From contig CM059433.1 of assembly GCA_030390025.1 (NCBI GenBank), positions 32,304,001 to 32,368,000 on the forward strand: a stretch of DNA of 64,000 nt, in the 5' to 3' direction. The stretch is from Squalus acanthias. Taxonomy: Eukaryota. The notes beneath the pieces are model-generated. The model worked only from the letters and a program-made list of their open reading frames with translations. It searched no databases and was not told the DNA's origin. Each line of letters opens with the position of its first letter. Position 1 is the first letter of the stretch. Positions 36,147-48,640 of this stretch are shown here, piece after piece. The position numbers and the translations under genes are program-made.

Positions 36147-38975
36147 CATAGAAGCATAGAAGATAGGAGCAGGAGTAGGCCATTCGGCCCCTTGAGCCTG
36201 CTCCGCCATTCGATGAGATCATGGCTGATCATTCAAACTCAGTACCTTGTACCTGCCTTCTCCCCATATCCCTTGATACCTTTAGCTTTAAGAAATATAT
36301 CTAACTCATTCTTGAATATATTTAATGACTTGGCCTCAACTACCTTCTGTGGTAGAGAATTCCACAGGTTCACCACTCTCTGGGTGAAGAAATTCTTCCT
36401 CATTTCTGTCCTAAATGGCTTACCCGTTATCCTTAGATTATGACCCCTGGTTCTGGACTCTCCAACCATCGGGAACATTCTTCCTGCATCTAGTATGTCC
36501 AGACCTGTCAGAATTTTATATGTTTTGATGAGATCCCCTCTCATTCTTCTATACTCCAGCGAGTATAAGCCCAAGCGATCCAATCTCTCCTCATATGTCA
36601 TTCCTGCCATCCCAGGTATCAGCCTTGTGAATCTTCGCTGAACTCCTTCCATGGCAAGAACATCCTTCCTCAGATAAGGCGACCAAAACTGCACACAGTA
36701 CTCAAGGTGTGGTCTCACCAAGGCCCTGTACAACTGCAGCAGGACATCCTTGTTCCTATACTCAAAACCTTTCGCTATGAAGGCCAACATACCATTCGCC
36801 TTCTTCACCACCTGCTGCATCTGCATGCTTACTTTCAGCGACTGGTGCACAAGGACACCCAGGTCTCGTTGCACTTCCCCTTCTCCCAATCTATTGCCAT
36901 TCAGATAATAGTCTGCCTTTCTGTTTTTGACACCAAAGTGGATAACCTCGCATTTATCCACGTTATATTGCATCTGCCACGCTTCTGCCCACTCACCCAA
37001 CCTGTCCAAATCATCCTGGAGTTTCTCGGTATCCTCCTTGCAGCACACACTCCCACCCAGCTTTGTGTCATCTGCAAACTTGGAGATATTACATTTAGTT
37101 CCCATATCTAGATCATTAATGTATATTGTGAATAGCTAGGGTCCAAGGACCGATCCCTGCGGTATCCCACTAGTCACTGCTTGCCACTCAGAAAAAGACC
37201 CATTAATTCCTACTCTCTGCTTTCTGTCCGCCAACCAGTTCTCTATCCAAGTCAATAACTTGCCCCCAATCCCATGTGCCTTAACTTTACACGCTAATCT
37301 CTTATGCGGGACCTTATCGAAAGCCTTTTAAAAGTCCAAATACACCACATCTACTGGTTCTCCCTTATCTATTTTCCCAGTTACATCCTCAAAAAATTCC
37401 AGTAGATTAGTCAAGCACGATTTACCTTTTGTAAATCCATGTTGACTTTGTCCGATCCTGTCACTGTTTTTCAAGTGCTCAGCTATTACATCCTTTATAA
37501 TGGACTCTAGCATTTTCCCCACTACCGATGTCAGGCTTACCGGTCTGTAATTCCCCGCTTTCTCTCTACCACCCTTTTTGAATAGTGAGGTAACATTAGC
37601 TACCCTCCAATCCATGGGTACAGTTCCAGATTCCATCGAATGTTGGAAGATGATCAGCAATGCATCTACTATTTCTAGGGCCACTTCCTTAAGTACCCTA
37701 GGATGGAGATTATCAGGCCCTGGGGATTTATCGGCCTTCAATCCCGTCAATTTCCCTAACAATATTTCCCTGCAAATACTGATTTCTTTCAGTTCCTCCC
37801 TTTCATCAGACCGTATGTTCTCCAACATCTCTGGAAGGTTATTTGTGTCCTCCTTTGTGAAGACAGAACCAAAATATGCATTTAATTGGTCTGCCATTTC
37901 TTTGTTCCCCATTATAACTTCCCCCGCTTCTGACTGCTAGGGACCTACACATGATTTCACTAATTTTTTTCTCTTCACATATCTATAAAAGCTCTTACAG
38001 TCAGTTTTTATGTTCCCAGCAAGCTTACTTTCATATTCTATTTTCCCCTTCTTAATTAATCCCTTTGTCCTCCTTTGTTGAATCCTAAACTGCTCCCAAT
38101 CCTCAGGGTTACCGCTTTTTCTGGCCAATTTATATGCCCTCTCCTTGGATCTTATGCTATCCCTAATTTCCCTTGTTAGCCACGGTTGAGTCACCCTTTT
38201 TGTTTTATTCTTATGCCACACTGGGATGAACAAATTCTGTAGTTCATCCATGCAGTCTTTGAATGTTTGCCATTCCCTATCCACCGCCAACCCCTTGAGT
38301 GACATTCCCCAGTCAATCCTACCCAATTCACGCCTCATACCATCGTAGTTTCCTTTATTTAAATTCAGGACCCTAGTCTCTGATTCAACTGCTTTACTCT
38401 CCATCCTAATGAAGAATTCTATCATGTTATGATCACTCTGACCCAAGTGGCCTCGTACAACAAGATTGCTAATTAATCCTTTCTCGTTACATAATACCCA
38501 GTCTAAGATGGGCTGATCTCTGGTTGGTTCCTCGACATATTGTTCCAGAAAACCATCCCGTAAACATTCTAGGAATTCCTCCTCCACAGTATTTTTACTA
38601 ATTTGGTTAGCCCAATCTATATGAAAATTAAAATCACCCATGATGACTGATGTGCCCTTACTGCATGCTTCTCTAATTTCCCTTTTGATGCCATCCCCAA
38701 CCTCCGTATTACTGTTTGGAGGTCTATATACCACTCCCACTAACGTTTTCTGCCCCTTGTTATTTCTCAGTTCTACCCATACAGATTCCGCATCATCAGA
38801 GCTAATATCCTTCCTTTCAATTGTGTTAATCCCCTCTTTAACCAGCAATGCTACCCCACCTCCCTTTCTTTTTTGCTTATCTTTCCTAAATATTTAATAA
38901 CCCTGGATGTTGAGTTCCCAGCCTTGGCCACCCTGGAGCCATGTTTCTGTAATCCCAATCAAATCGTATTCATTT
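36147..38975 (-). mobile_element. CR1 LINE ORF2, few stops
   Basis: VYRPPN, MGDFN, SDHN, NYRPVSL, FADDTKL, RPHLEYCVQFW; tail at about 36147. Confidence 0.92.
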
Positions 38976-39848
38976 ACCTGTATTTGGAGTTTTCAGCAAT
39001 TATCATTTGCAGGTGGCAGAACTTTGTTGTCTCAGGTCTGGGGGAACTTTTAGCAGGCCTACTCGTTGTTGTGGAAGTTTGGATCCTGAGACCCATCTCC
39101 AGTGTGATCTCCTGGGAAACCCCTCTCTCCACCTTGACTGAGCACTTCCTCAACTGAGGTTTGTAGCAGAAGCATGGGAACCATTTATTTCCTCTCCTCC
39201 TGGACATCAGATTCAGACGAAGATCAGCCGCAGCAGCAGCAGAACCCTGAACAACAGCAGCACCAACAGCAGGAGCATCAACAGGAGCGCCAAGCTGCTG
39301 CTCACCCACCTGAAGCTGCACAGGCCAGAAGGCGCCAGCACGCGACCACATTGCTGCCCAGGATGCAAGGGACACACTCAAGTTTGCCAGATTTGCTTAG
39401 CCTGCACAATCAAACACTTTTGTCTCGCACCTTCTTACCAGATCATCGACAATGGACAAGAACCTGCGGATTTTTTCTCCCTGAGGAAGGGAAGAGCACC
39501 TCCTTATTCGATCTTGCTCCCTCCACCAGAGCTTGGAGGGAGGGCTCATCGAAGCGTGAGGCACACTTTTGCCTGCTGGTGGACATAGTGGATCAATTAA
39601 TTCTTTACTAAAATCACCATAAAGTTTGCAGTCTCCAGAAGAAGCAAGGCTGCTTGCAGGCCTTAAATCCAGCAGCATTGATGACATCATCAGAGGTGAT
39701 TTTCTGTCTGAAAAGACTCATTGGGCCAGGGGTTCCCACACGCTGGAAATCAATTGCCCAATTAGGGGAAAATTGCACTTTTTCCCCCACTTCACTTCGG
39801 AGTCAGGGTCCTGACACGAATGCCACCTGACACGCCCCAGCCCGCCCA

Positions 39849-40460
39849 TCTTCCCAGGAGGCGGGTAGCCGACCCACGCTGGGAGCCGCCTCCCCGAGGT
39901 GGGAAGGGGATTACAGCCACTTAACTGCCTGTTAACAGGTAGTTAACAGGCAGTTAAGAGGATTATCCCCATGTTTCCATGAGTGGCGCGGGCTTCCTGA
40001 GGTCGGGAATCCCCGCCAGGGTCACCGAGGCGAGCAGTGGGTCTGCGGGGTCAGAGGGGTGCAAAAGTGCGCTGTGGAGGTACGTGATGGGTGCAAGTGT
40101 GGAGAGGGAAGTATGTGAGGTGAGTGAAAAGTGATAGAAAATGTTTACTTACCTTTGTTTCTTCCTGCAGGCTTCAACAGTTAGGGAACCGGAGAGTCCC
40201 GCATCTCACCGGCAGAGATGACAGATGGCTGCTGCATTCTCCGATGCAACAGCCATCTGATTTCTGCTCAGCAGTTAAAAGGATTAAAAGCCTTTGCCGC
40301 CTCCACGAGACGGGACCCGAAGCTGCACATCTTCCCGCCTCCTGGCAAGTGGGCACGGAGGCAGGATGGGTGCAGGTTTGCCATCCGCCCCCACTTTCTC
40401 TGATTTTACGGGTTGTCCCGCCTCCATGCCCGCCTCCTTGGGGCTTGGAAAATCCAGCCC
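39849..40460. mobile_element. Harbinger-type MITE (only one terminus intact)
   Basis: Ends in GGAAAATCCAGCCC; GC-rich subterminal CCCGCC motifs as in the other Harbinger ends. Confidence 0.65.
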
Positions 40461-41580
40461 TGAGTGTCTCCGCTTCCACCACTTCTGTCGGCAGCGAGTT
40501 CCAGGTCCTCACCACTCGCCGCGTAAAAAAGTTTTTCCTCACATCCCCGCTGTATCTCTTGCCCAAAACCTTAAATCTGCGTCCCCTAGTCCTTGTACCA
40601 TCAACTAGTGGAAACAGCCTTTCCCCGTCAAATCACCCCTCAACCTCCTTTGCTCCAATGAAAACAAATCCAGCTTCTCCAACCTGTTCTTGTAGCTAAG
40701 ATCCCCCATCCCCGGAACCATTCTGGTAAATCTCCTCTGCACCCTATCAAGTGCCTTCACATCCTTCCTAAAGTGTGGTGACCAGAACTGGACGCAATAC
40801 TCCAGTTGTGGCCTAACCAGCGCTTTATAAAGGTTCAGCATAACTTCTCTACTTTTGTACTCAAATACCTCTATTTATGAAGCCCAAGATCCCATATACT
40901 TTGTTAACCACTCTCTCAATATGTCCCGCCACCTTCAGGGACCTATGCACATTAACTCCCAGGTCCCTCTGTCCCTGCACACTCTTTAAAACTGTACCAT
41001 TAAGTGTATATTGCCTCTCCCTGTTCCTTCTGCCAAAATGCATCACCTCACACTTCTCTGTATTAAATTCCATCTGCCACTTGTCTGCCCATTCTGCTAG
41101 CCTTTCTTTGTCTTGTTGCAGTTGATTGGTATCATCCTCACTGTTTGCCACACCCCCATGTTTGGTGTCATCGGCAAATTTAGAAATTCTACTCTGTATT
41201 CCAATATCCAGGTCATTTATCTGTATCAAAAAAAGCAGTGGCCCCAGCACTGACCCCTGGGGAACACCACTGTCTACCATCCTCCAGTCTGAAAAACAGC
41301 CATTTACCGCAACTTGCTGCTTTCTGTTCTTAAGCTAATTCCTTATCCAAGCCGCCACTGACCCACCTATTCCATGAGCCTCAATTTTATTAACCAGCCT
41401 TCTATGTGGTACTTTGTCAAACGCCTTCCTAAAATCCATGTAGACAACATCCATTGCATTCCCTTCACTGATCCTCCCTGTTACTTCATCAAAAAATTCA
41501 ATTAGATTAGTCAAACACGATCTGCCTTTTACAAATCCGTGTTGGCTCTCCTTAATTAGCTTAAACCTCTCCAAGTGCCC
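40461..41580 (-). mobile_element. CR1 RT fragment
   Basis: SQHGFVKGRSCLTNL, GVPQGSVLGP, FADD, RPQLEYCVQFW. Confidence 0.88.
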
Positions 41581-41894
41581 GTCAGGAAAGGAAGCTTTCT
41601 TCCCAACTCTCTCACGTAGACTGGGATGTGTGTGATGGCCATTAGGATAGAGCGGGGGATGAAAGATACCCCAGAAAATTGTTCTACTCTTGGAAGTGCA
41701 GGTTAAATAAATTTGAAATCCATGTCCGCACAACCAACTGATCACAATATCATGCTCCCTGCACAATGTGGCCATTTATCAAGCAACTGTAAGCAGCAGC
41801 TTAAAGTGCCGATCACGCAGCTGTCATACTCTCTACCATTTATGAAGACGCTCCATTTTAGTTGTGTATCCACAATGAACACACAGAATAAGAG

Positions 41895-42130
41895 GAAGGA
41901 AACACAGAAGAAGGACCTTTCAGAGAATCAGACAGCACAGAAGGAGGCCATTCGGCTCTTCGTGCCTATGCCGGCTCCTTGAAAGAGTTATTCAATTAGT
42001 CCCACTCCCCTGCCCATTCCTCATATCCCTGCAAATGTTTCCTTTTCCTTTTCAAGTATATTTCCAATTTCCTTTTGAAAGTTGCAATCGAATCTGCTGC
42101 AGCTACTTTTTCAGGCAGTGCAATCCAGAT
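41895..42130 (-). mobile_element. CR1 3' tail remnant
   Basis: Reverse complement of ...gccgaatggcctccttctgtgctg and upstream 3' UTR. Confidence 0.6.
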
Positions 42131-42530
42131 AATCAGAACTACATTTCTACCAATATAAGTAGTTAACAAGATAAGTTTTCCAATATATACCTATTATCTC
42201 TGAGGTCCCTCACATGCTAATTATGGTAGCAGTATTAAATCACTTAATCTTGAGATAACTCTTGCATTTAGCTGCAGAGTGTTCGCAATTGGCACATTAT
42301 GTAAAATATGCGATGTGACAACATTAAATTAAAAACCTCTCAGGTGCCAGGAATTTGTCCACTTCTTTTTTAAAAGCCCCTTGAATTTTTCTACCAATTG
42401 TTACAAGCCTAGTATTTTAGCAATAGCCCAAATATCGGTTCCAGCCAGGCAGCAGCTCATTTATACTGCCTGTTTCCCAAGTTCAATTCTCCTGCCCAGG
42501 AGAAAGCTCATTTTCCAGTGCTTGAGTGCC

Positions 42531-44262
42531 TGTAATTTCTGTGGGGATTCATCTAATCTCCTGCCATAACCTCAGCAGAAGATTGGTGGAAACCCTAGAG
42601 GGGTGGCGCAAACAACCATAGAGATCTTTGGAGATTGGGAAAGCCCTCACAGAAGTGTTTAGCAAGTACAGGCGTTCACACTCTATAAACAATCAAGTCA
42701 ACTTCAAATGAGTTTACAAAGCATTAGGAAATCCAATGGAACCTATAGGAATGGTGTCCCGTAAATTGCATAAAGGGCACCTTTAATAATCTTGGGGAAA
42801 ATGCCCTGTAAACTTCTTGAACTGTGCTCAAACCGGAATTTAGCTGTTGAACTGAATACTGGGAAGCGGCTGGAAACCGGTTGATTCAAACCATCATCAA
42901 GGCTTTTGGCCATGGAATGGCCCCAGAAAGGATTGTGTATAAACAAGACATTCCTTACTGCAATAAAAATCTAAAATAAGACTTAGTGGGATAAAGGTGT
43001 CACCATTTGGCTGGAATAAACCCTCGAGAAATGCAAGATGAGAAGGTAGGGAGGTCATAAACCGCAGACACAAAGGAACAGTGACATTCACCGGAACTTC
43101 ATATTTATCAGAGATGCTTGGCAGAAGGTTTGGGGCCAAAACCTTCTAGCTTATGTATCACTGATTAGTTAATTTAATGCAAGAAGCTTCTTTTTCATTA
43201 AAATATAAAAATAGAGGACTTTGCACCCCTCTGGTCAGTAACAGTTTGTCATCAATAGAGTAGCAAAGGTAGCTTTGCTTTGTTAGATTCTCTTAGAATC
43301 TCTGTTACACGTGCTTCCCTTCTCTTCTTCTGTATGAACTTTTACCTAGCAGATGCAGAAGGTACTTTACAAGTACAAGCATATTCAGGACAGAAGGTGA
43401 GGTTATCAAAGTAAAATTAAACACTTATACCAGGCGGGTAGAGAGAGAAAAGTGTCACTTATTTGTGCAAGTGTCTGAGATGAGAGTGAAGCCAGCTCAG
43501 AAATCGTTTCTCATGCACAAGGTGGGTTCAGCCGGAACCAAAGATCCAAGTGGAACAGACAATCCTGACGCCAAAGCCGCTGATTGACACAATGCTCCAG
43601 AAACTACGCTTGTGTCCCAAGGAAGAAAGGAGATCAACTCAGCCACGCCACTCAAAGGACTAGGTCGTATAAGCTCTGGAACACTGCTAATCACGCACAT
43701 AGACCCAGGGTTCTCCAATAGGCTGCCTATCTAATGCTGCTAACTTCTCAGATATACAAGGGTTTAACCATAAATTAACCTCACCCGTTGTAACAATCTT
43801 ACACTCTGATCGTCACTACAATTAATACTCAACATTGATTAAAGCTGAGTTAGTGATACACTGAATTGCCTGTGTAGCCTCTGTTACTCATTTGCTACAT
43901 AACTCTGTCCATTAATAATTTGCTTTACAAACTACTCGATGACCTTGACTACATCTATTCATATCTAATAAGTGCTGGTATACCTTAGGTTTAACTTTAA
44001 GTTGTGGTTTGACGAGCTGACTCAGGCATCAATCACTCCTAGAACTAAAACTTGTTGGTAAAGTCCTGGATGGTTTATTAGTAAGGAGTGATGTAAGGGT
44101 GTTAAGGATTCGTCTGATTCCTTGACATACATATACTGAAATCCAGCATTTGTACAAACCCCTCAACTCTTTTCAAATTTCAATGTTGTGAGAATGTCCC
44201 CTTCAGAAGGTCTCACACTACGGGGCTCCGAAGTGGTATCAGAACCTGAATCCAGAGTTACA
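42531..44262 (+). mobile_element. Possible long solo LTR (ERV/foamy-like or Gypsy) with decayed U3 ORF
   Basis: TGTAA...TTACA (or TGTGGGG...TTACA with TTTC/TTGC flanks). TATA-like TATAAG near 43668 and ATTAAA near 43838. Stop-interrupted protein-like frames at 42.4-43.2 kb. Boundaries ambiguous. Confidence 0.35.
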
Positions 44263-44444
44263 TTGCAACATTAGCATTGCTATGAGTCAACTGCTTTATA
44301 GGGACTTTAAAACTGTCATATAAATGCACCCTAAATCCCTAACAATGTCATCTCACCTCATGACTGCTTTTTTTCTATTTTATAAAGCTTATGAAAGTTA
44401 ACCCTTGACTCACCTTCAATTTCCCTAAAATTACCGATTGTCCT

Positions 44445-44918
44445 AGCGAGCAGAGATGGTTTAAAGGCGATCTGATAGAAATGTTCAAGATTATGAAGGT
44501 TTTTGAAAAGCTAATGTGGGAGGAGACTCGTGTGGAACATAAACACCGGCATAAGCCTGTTGATCCAAATGGCCTGTTTCTGTGCTGCAAAATTCTATGT
44601 AAATAAGGAAAAACTATTTCCTCCGGTTGGCAATTGATGATCTTAAATTTATGCTCTCCAGTTACCAAACAACAAAGGTACAGGTTAGGAGAATTGATTT
44701 TTGTCCCCTCCCAGAGGATTGTGAGAACAATGAATAGCCTTCCAGAAAGAGTGGTGGAATGCAGAATCCTTAATAGATTTTAAAAGGAAAATGGATTATA
44801 ATTTGAAAAATAAAAGTTTTAAAGGGTATGAGGAATGGGAGAGGGTCCTTAGGTCTTTCAGGGAGCCAGAACCAGTGCAATACCTCAAATGCCTTCCCTC
44901 TGTGCTGGAAAAGTCTAT
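44445..44918 (+). mobile_element. Old CR1 3' fragments
   Basis: LKGDLIEMFKIMK and CR1-type tails. Confidence 0.65.
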
Positions 44919-45419
44919 GGCCGTGAAAGTCGGCACCTTAGTGCTGGCAGTTAAGGCTGGTTTTGAGAAAAAAATAGCGGCTGCCTCGCTTCTGCCCACT
45001 CCCGGGGTTGGCCCGCACTGGTCGCTGTCTTGGGAGGGTGATATTGCGGGGCGAGACCTGTGTGCGCTAGCAGTATGCAGAGTGGGCAGATTGTGACATC
45101 AGTCAGCGTATAACGCTGATTTGACGCATGACCTGCCATTTTCAACGTCGCTGTTCCAAACAACGCCCTCTCCTAAACACGCGCAGCTGAATGTAAGTTC
45201 AGCTTCACAAGGGACCCCCACCAGCGCTATATAAAAGGATACATCCAGCTTGCAGGTAAATTGATTATTTTTCTTGTACTGGCTCTTGCAGAGTTTATAT
45301 GAATACTGGCTTGCTGAAAGACATATATAACATTGTTAAAGTGTGCAGGGAGTGCTGCTGGACGTTGGGAAGGCGTTGGCTGATACTGGAAGGCCTCCCA
45401 TTACACCGCTTGCTTCCAG

Positions 45420-46535
45420 TCTTGGGGGCTCTACTTGCAGTCCCCCTCATGCTGCAGTATGACAGGGAGATGGAGCAGAGGCAGCAAAGACACACAGCTC
45501 GCAGAGGGAGGAGGAGGGCTCTCAGCAGGAGGTCTTACCCACCTCGGGTCTTCAGGGAGCACTTCTCCTACCTGCACCTAAGCCAGCACCTGTTTGGCAG
45601 CTCCGCTCCACCAAGGAGGTGGTCACAGAACTCTGCCACCTCTTGGAACCAGACCTGCAGCCTCAGAGCAGGGCGATGACGGCACTGCCAGGGACCCTGA
45701 ATGTGACCGTGGCTCTGAATTTTTTCGCCAGCGAATCCTTACAGGCTGGAAGATGCGACATAGCAAACATCTCGCAGTTTGCCGTCCATCGCTGCATCCT
45801 GGAGGTCACAGAGGCTCTGTAGTCTAGGAGAGGGGACTTCATTCTCTTCTCTCAAAACAGAGAGAAGCAGGAGGTGTGTGCACGTGGCTTTGCCAGGATA
45901 TCAGGCTTCCCCATGATGCAGGGCGCCATCGATTGCACACACGTGGCTTTGCGGGTGTCGCATATCAATGCTGAGATGTATCGTAACTGCAAAGGCTACC
46001 ACTCACTTAATGTGCAATTGTTGTGCGACCATGCCCAGCACATCATGATGGTGAATGCCCGCTATCCTGGCAGCAGTCATTCTGCCTTCATTCTGCGCCA
46101 CTCCGTTGTGCCAGCAATCTTCCAGCCACCACGTCGAACCCGAGGGTGGCTGCTCAGAGAAAGGGATATCTGCTCTACACCTGGCTGATGACTCCCCTCT
46201 GCAACCCCATCACTCATGGCCAGCAATCATATAATGACAGCCATGCTGCCACAAAGAACCTCATCAAGCAGACCATTGGGGTGCTGAAGCAACGATTCCG
46301 CTGCCTTGATCGCTCGGGAGGAGCTCTCCAGTACTCACCAGAGCAGGTGTCCCAATTCATGGTGGTCTGCTGCATCTTCCACAACTTGGCCATCATGAGG
46401 ATGCAGCTCTTGCCACCACAGGTTCCGTGACCAGCTCAGGAGGAGGAGGAGGAGGAAGGGAGGAGGCAGCCTGAAAATCCCCATTCCGGACGGACTGTCT
46501 ATGAATGCAACATCAGACTCTGGTTTCCCTAAATG
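45420..46535 (+). pseudogene. Harbinger DDE transposase, frameshifted
   Basis: VTVALNFFAS, GFPMMQGAIDCTHV, KGYHSLNVQ, RYPGSSH, IKQTIGVLKQRFRCL, CCIFHN. Confidence 0.88.
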
Positions 46536-46749
46536 AAAACCCAGATTCCTGTTGCTCAACACTTCCCCACCTTACCATCCCTCTTCACGGAACATCACAG
46601 CGTCCTCTTGCTACAATGTTGAAATGAAAGCCACCACAAAACAAACATTCCAAACATAATTTATAAGCGATTAATTCCAGTATTATATTACAAAGACAAC
46701 TAATCACCCATGTGCCTTTCCTTATGCATGTCTGTCTTTCGTGTGCCAT

Positions 46750-48640
46750 TGCCTATTATAGTGCTCCTACGAAGTGCTACCCCAGTGGCTGAAGCATGGT
46801 GGTAGAAGGCTGCTGACTTTCAGTGGGGAACACTGCAGATGGTCTTGCAGGATGACCTCGAGCAGCTCTGGACCGAGAAGACCCAGCTGTAGACTGCATC
46901 ACCTCTGCATGGGCGGCAGCAGTCTGGTCTGGCTGGCTGACAAGCAACTGCAATGGCACTGACCAAGTGGCAGTGGTGGAAGTACAAATGCTGTCATCCT
47001 GAGAGAAGACAGCAGGTTCTTGCTCCACGGAGCCACTGGCACTCCCCCGGGGCGGCGCCTCAACAAAGCTAGTTAATCTGTTGGAGGACAGATTGCTGAA
47101 CTGCTGTGACACCCTGAAAGTCCCTTTCCACACTCCTAAACCCCGCCACGATGGCACCAATATGATCTTGCTGAGTCTGCATAAGAGCAGTCTGAACTTA
47201 CGTGGCAGCAAGCTGAGCCTGCATGACAGAAGTCTGAGCTTCCACTGCAGCACTCAGACATTGGGTCGTTTCCATTTGTGTTGTACTGGAAGCTGCAACA
47301 TCGCCCATGACACCCAGCATCAGAGTTCGGTCCACAAGTGCTCTAATGGAGTTGTCCATCACTTCTATCCTGGAAATCATGGGCTCCAAGCTCTGTGCAA
47401 AGCCCTGTGCGATGTTGGAGCTGGACTCCTCCATACTCCTTGAAACTGACAAGAGGCTCTCTAGCAGGCCTGCCATTGCACCAAGCATTTCTGTGTGTAT
47501 GCCCATCACCCTTCTTCTAAAGGCCACCCCATCAAAGTCCTCATCTGAGTGCTCTGCAGCAGAACTCGTGTACGACCTCACCCTCCGGGGAGCTGGCACA
47601 TGCACTACCCTTTCCTCCTGCCCTGGCTGCAGCCCACTCATGCCCAGTGACAAACCACATGCAGATCCCACCTCTATACTACCCTCAAGTTCCCGCAGTG
47701 CCATTTTCTGAGCTGGTGCCTGGAAATGTCAGATCGAGTGACAGTGTCTCTTCTTCTCCATCACTCTCCTCCTCTACTTCTTCCTGCACAGACTGGGCTG
47801 GTGGCAGTTCTTGGGTATCTGAAAGGAGAAAGGCACAAGGGTTGGGTTGTGGTGAGGGGAGTTGGGGAAGCAAGGTGTGCATGCTTAAACCATCAGCAGC
47901 TTGCAAGTGAGAAGAGATTGTGGGATAAGGCAGAAGTGGCACGAGAAGAAGGGTTAGGTATGAGCATACCGTCATCATCAATGCTTTCAGCTTGCTCAGC
48001 ACCACGGCCTCAGTGACGGCCCCTCCAATTATCTCTGGAACTGTCTTTTCCAGCTGGGCGAGGTTCTACAGCCATGCTTTCTCCCCACCTGTTTGCTCTT
48101 GCTCGCGCCAGTTGTGAGCCACCTTGGCCTGCAAGAGAAAGGGAAGTGTTTTCAGTGAGTGTGGTGCAATGTGTTTGGGTGATGTGTTTGTCATGGTTGA
48201 ACAGCTGGCATTGTGTGCAAGGTGTGATATGTGGGAGTGAGTCTTGCAACAGTGGTACGTGTGTAAGGGTGAGGTGAAGCTATGATTGTGAGGTATGAGT
48301 CGTGATTGCCAGAGTTTTTTGGTAGGTAAATGATGGGGGGTGTGTGTGAGGCTGGTGGTGCAGTTGGTGGAATATGGTATTTGAAGATGCATTCATTCAC
48401 CTTGGCCATTCATGTGAGGTCATTAAACTTCTTCCGGCACTGGATCCAGGTTCTAGGGGAAAGACTGGTGGCACTGACCGCTTCAGCAATGTCCTCCCAC
48501 TGCCTTCAAACATTAAGTCTGGAAGGCCTCCTGGCTCCCTGCGGGTAGAGGACCTGTCTCCTCCTACAGACCCCCTGCACCAAGGCCTCCAGTGCCGCAT
48601 CGGACAACCACGGTGCCCTTTCTCTGGCCTCTTGTGACAT
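46750..48640 (-). pseudogene. Harbinger Myb/SANT protein, multi-exon, disrupted
   Basis: MSQEARERAPWLSDAALEALVQGV; WIQCRKKFNDL; AKVAHNWREQEQTGG; coiled-coil last exon. Confidence 0.8.

Larger units (their letters stand above)
32040..39848. mobile_element. Internally deleted Harbinger (7679 family, reverse orientation) split by two CR1 insertions
   Basis: Pieces 32040-32089, about 35851-36146 and about 38976-39848 are collinear with the reverse complement of 11975 to 7700. MGTIYFLSSWTSDSDED at 39174 is identical to the transposase start at 11452. Confidence 0.85.

Noticed and set aside
44234..44246. TGGTATCAGAAC resembling an initiator-Met primer-binding site
   Set aside because: One mismatch, not preceded by an LTR-terminal CA and not followed by gag-like sequence.
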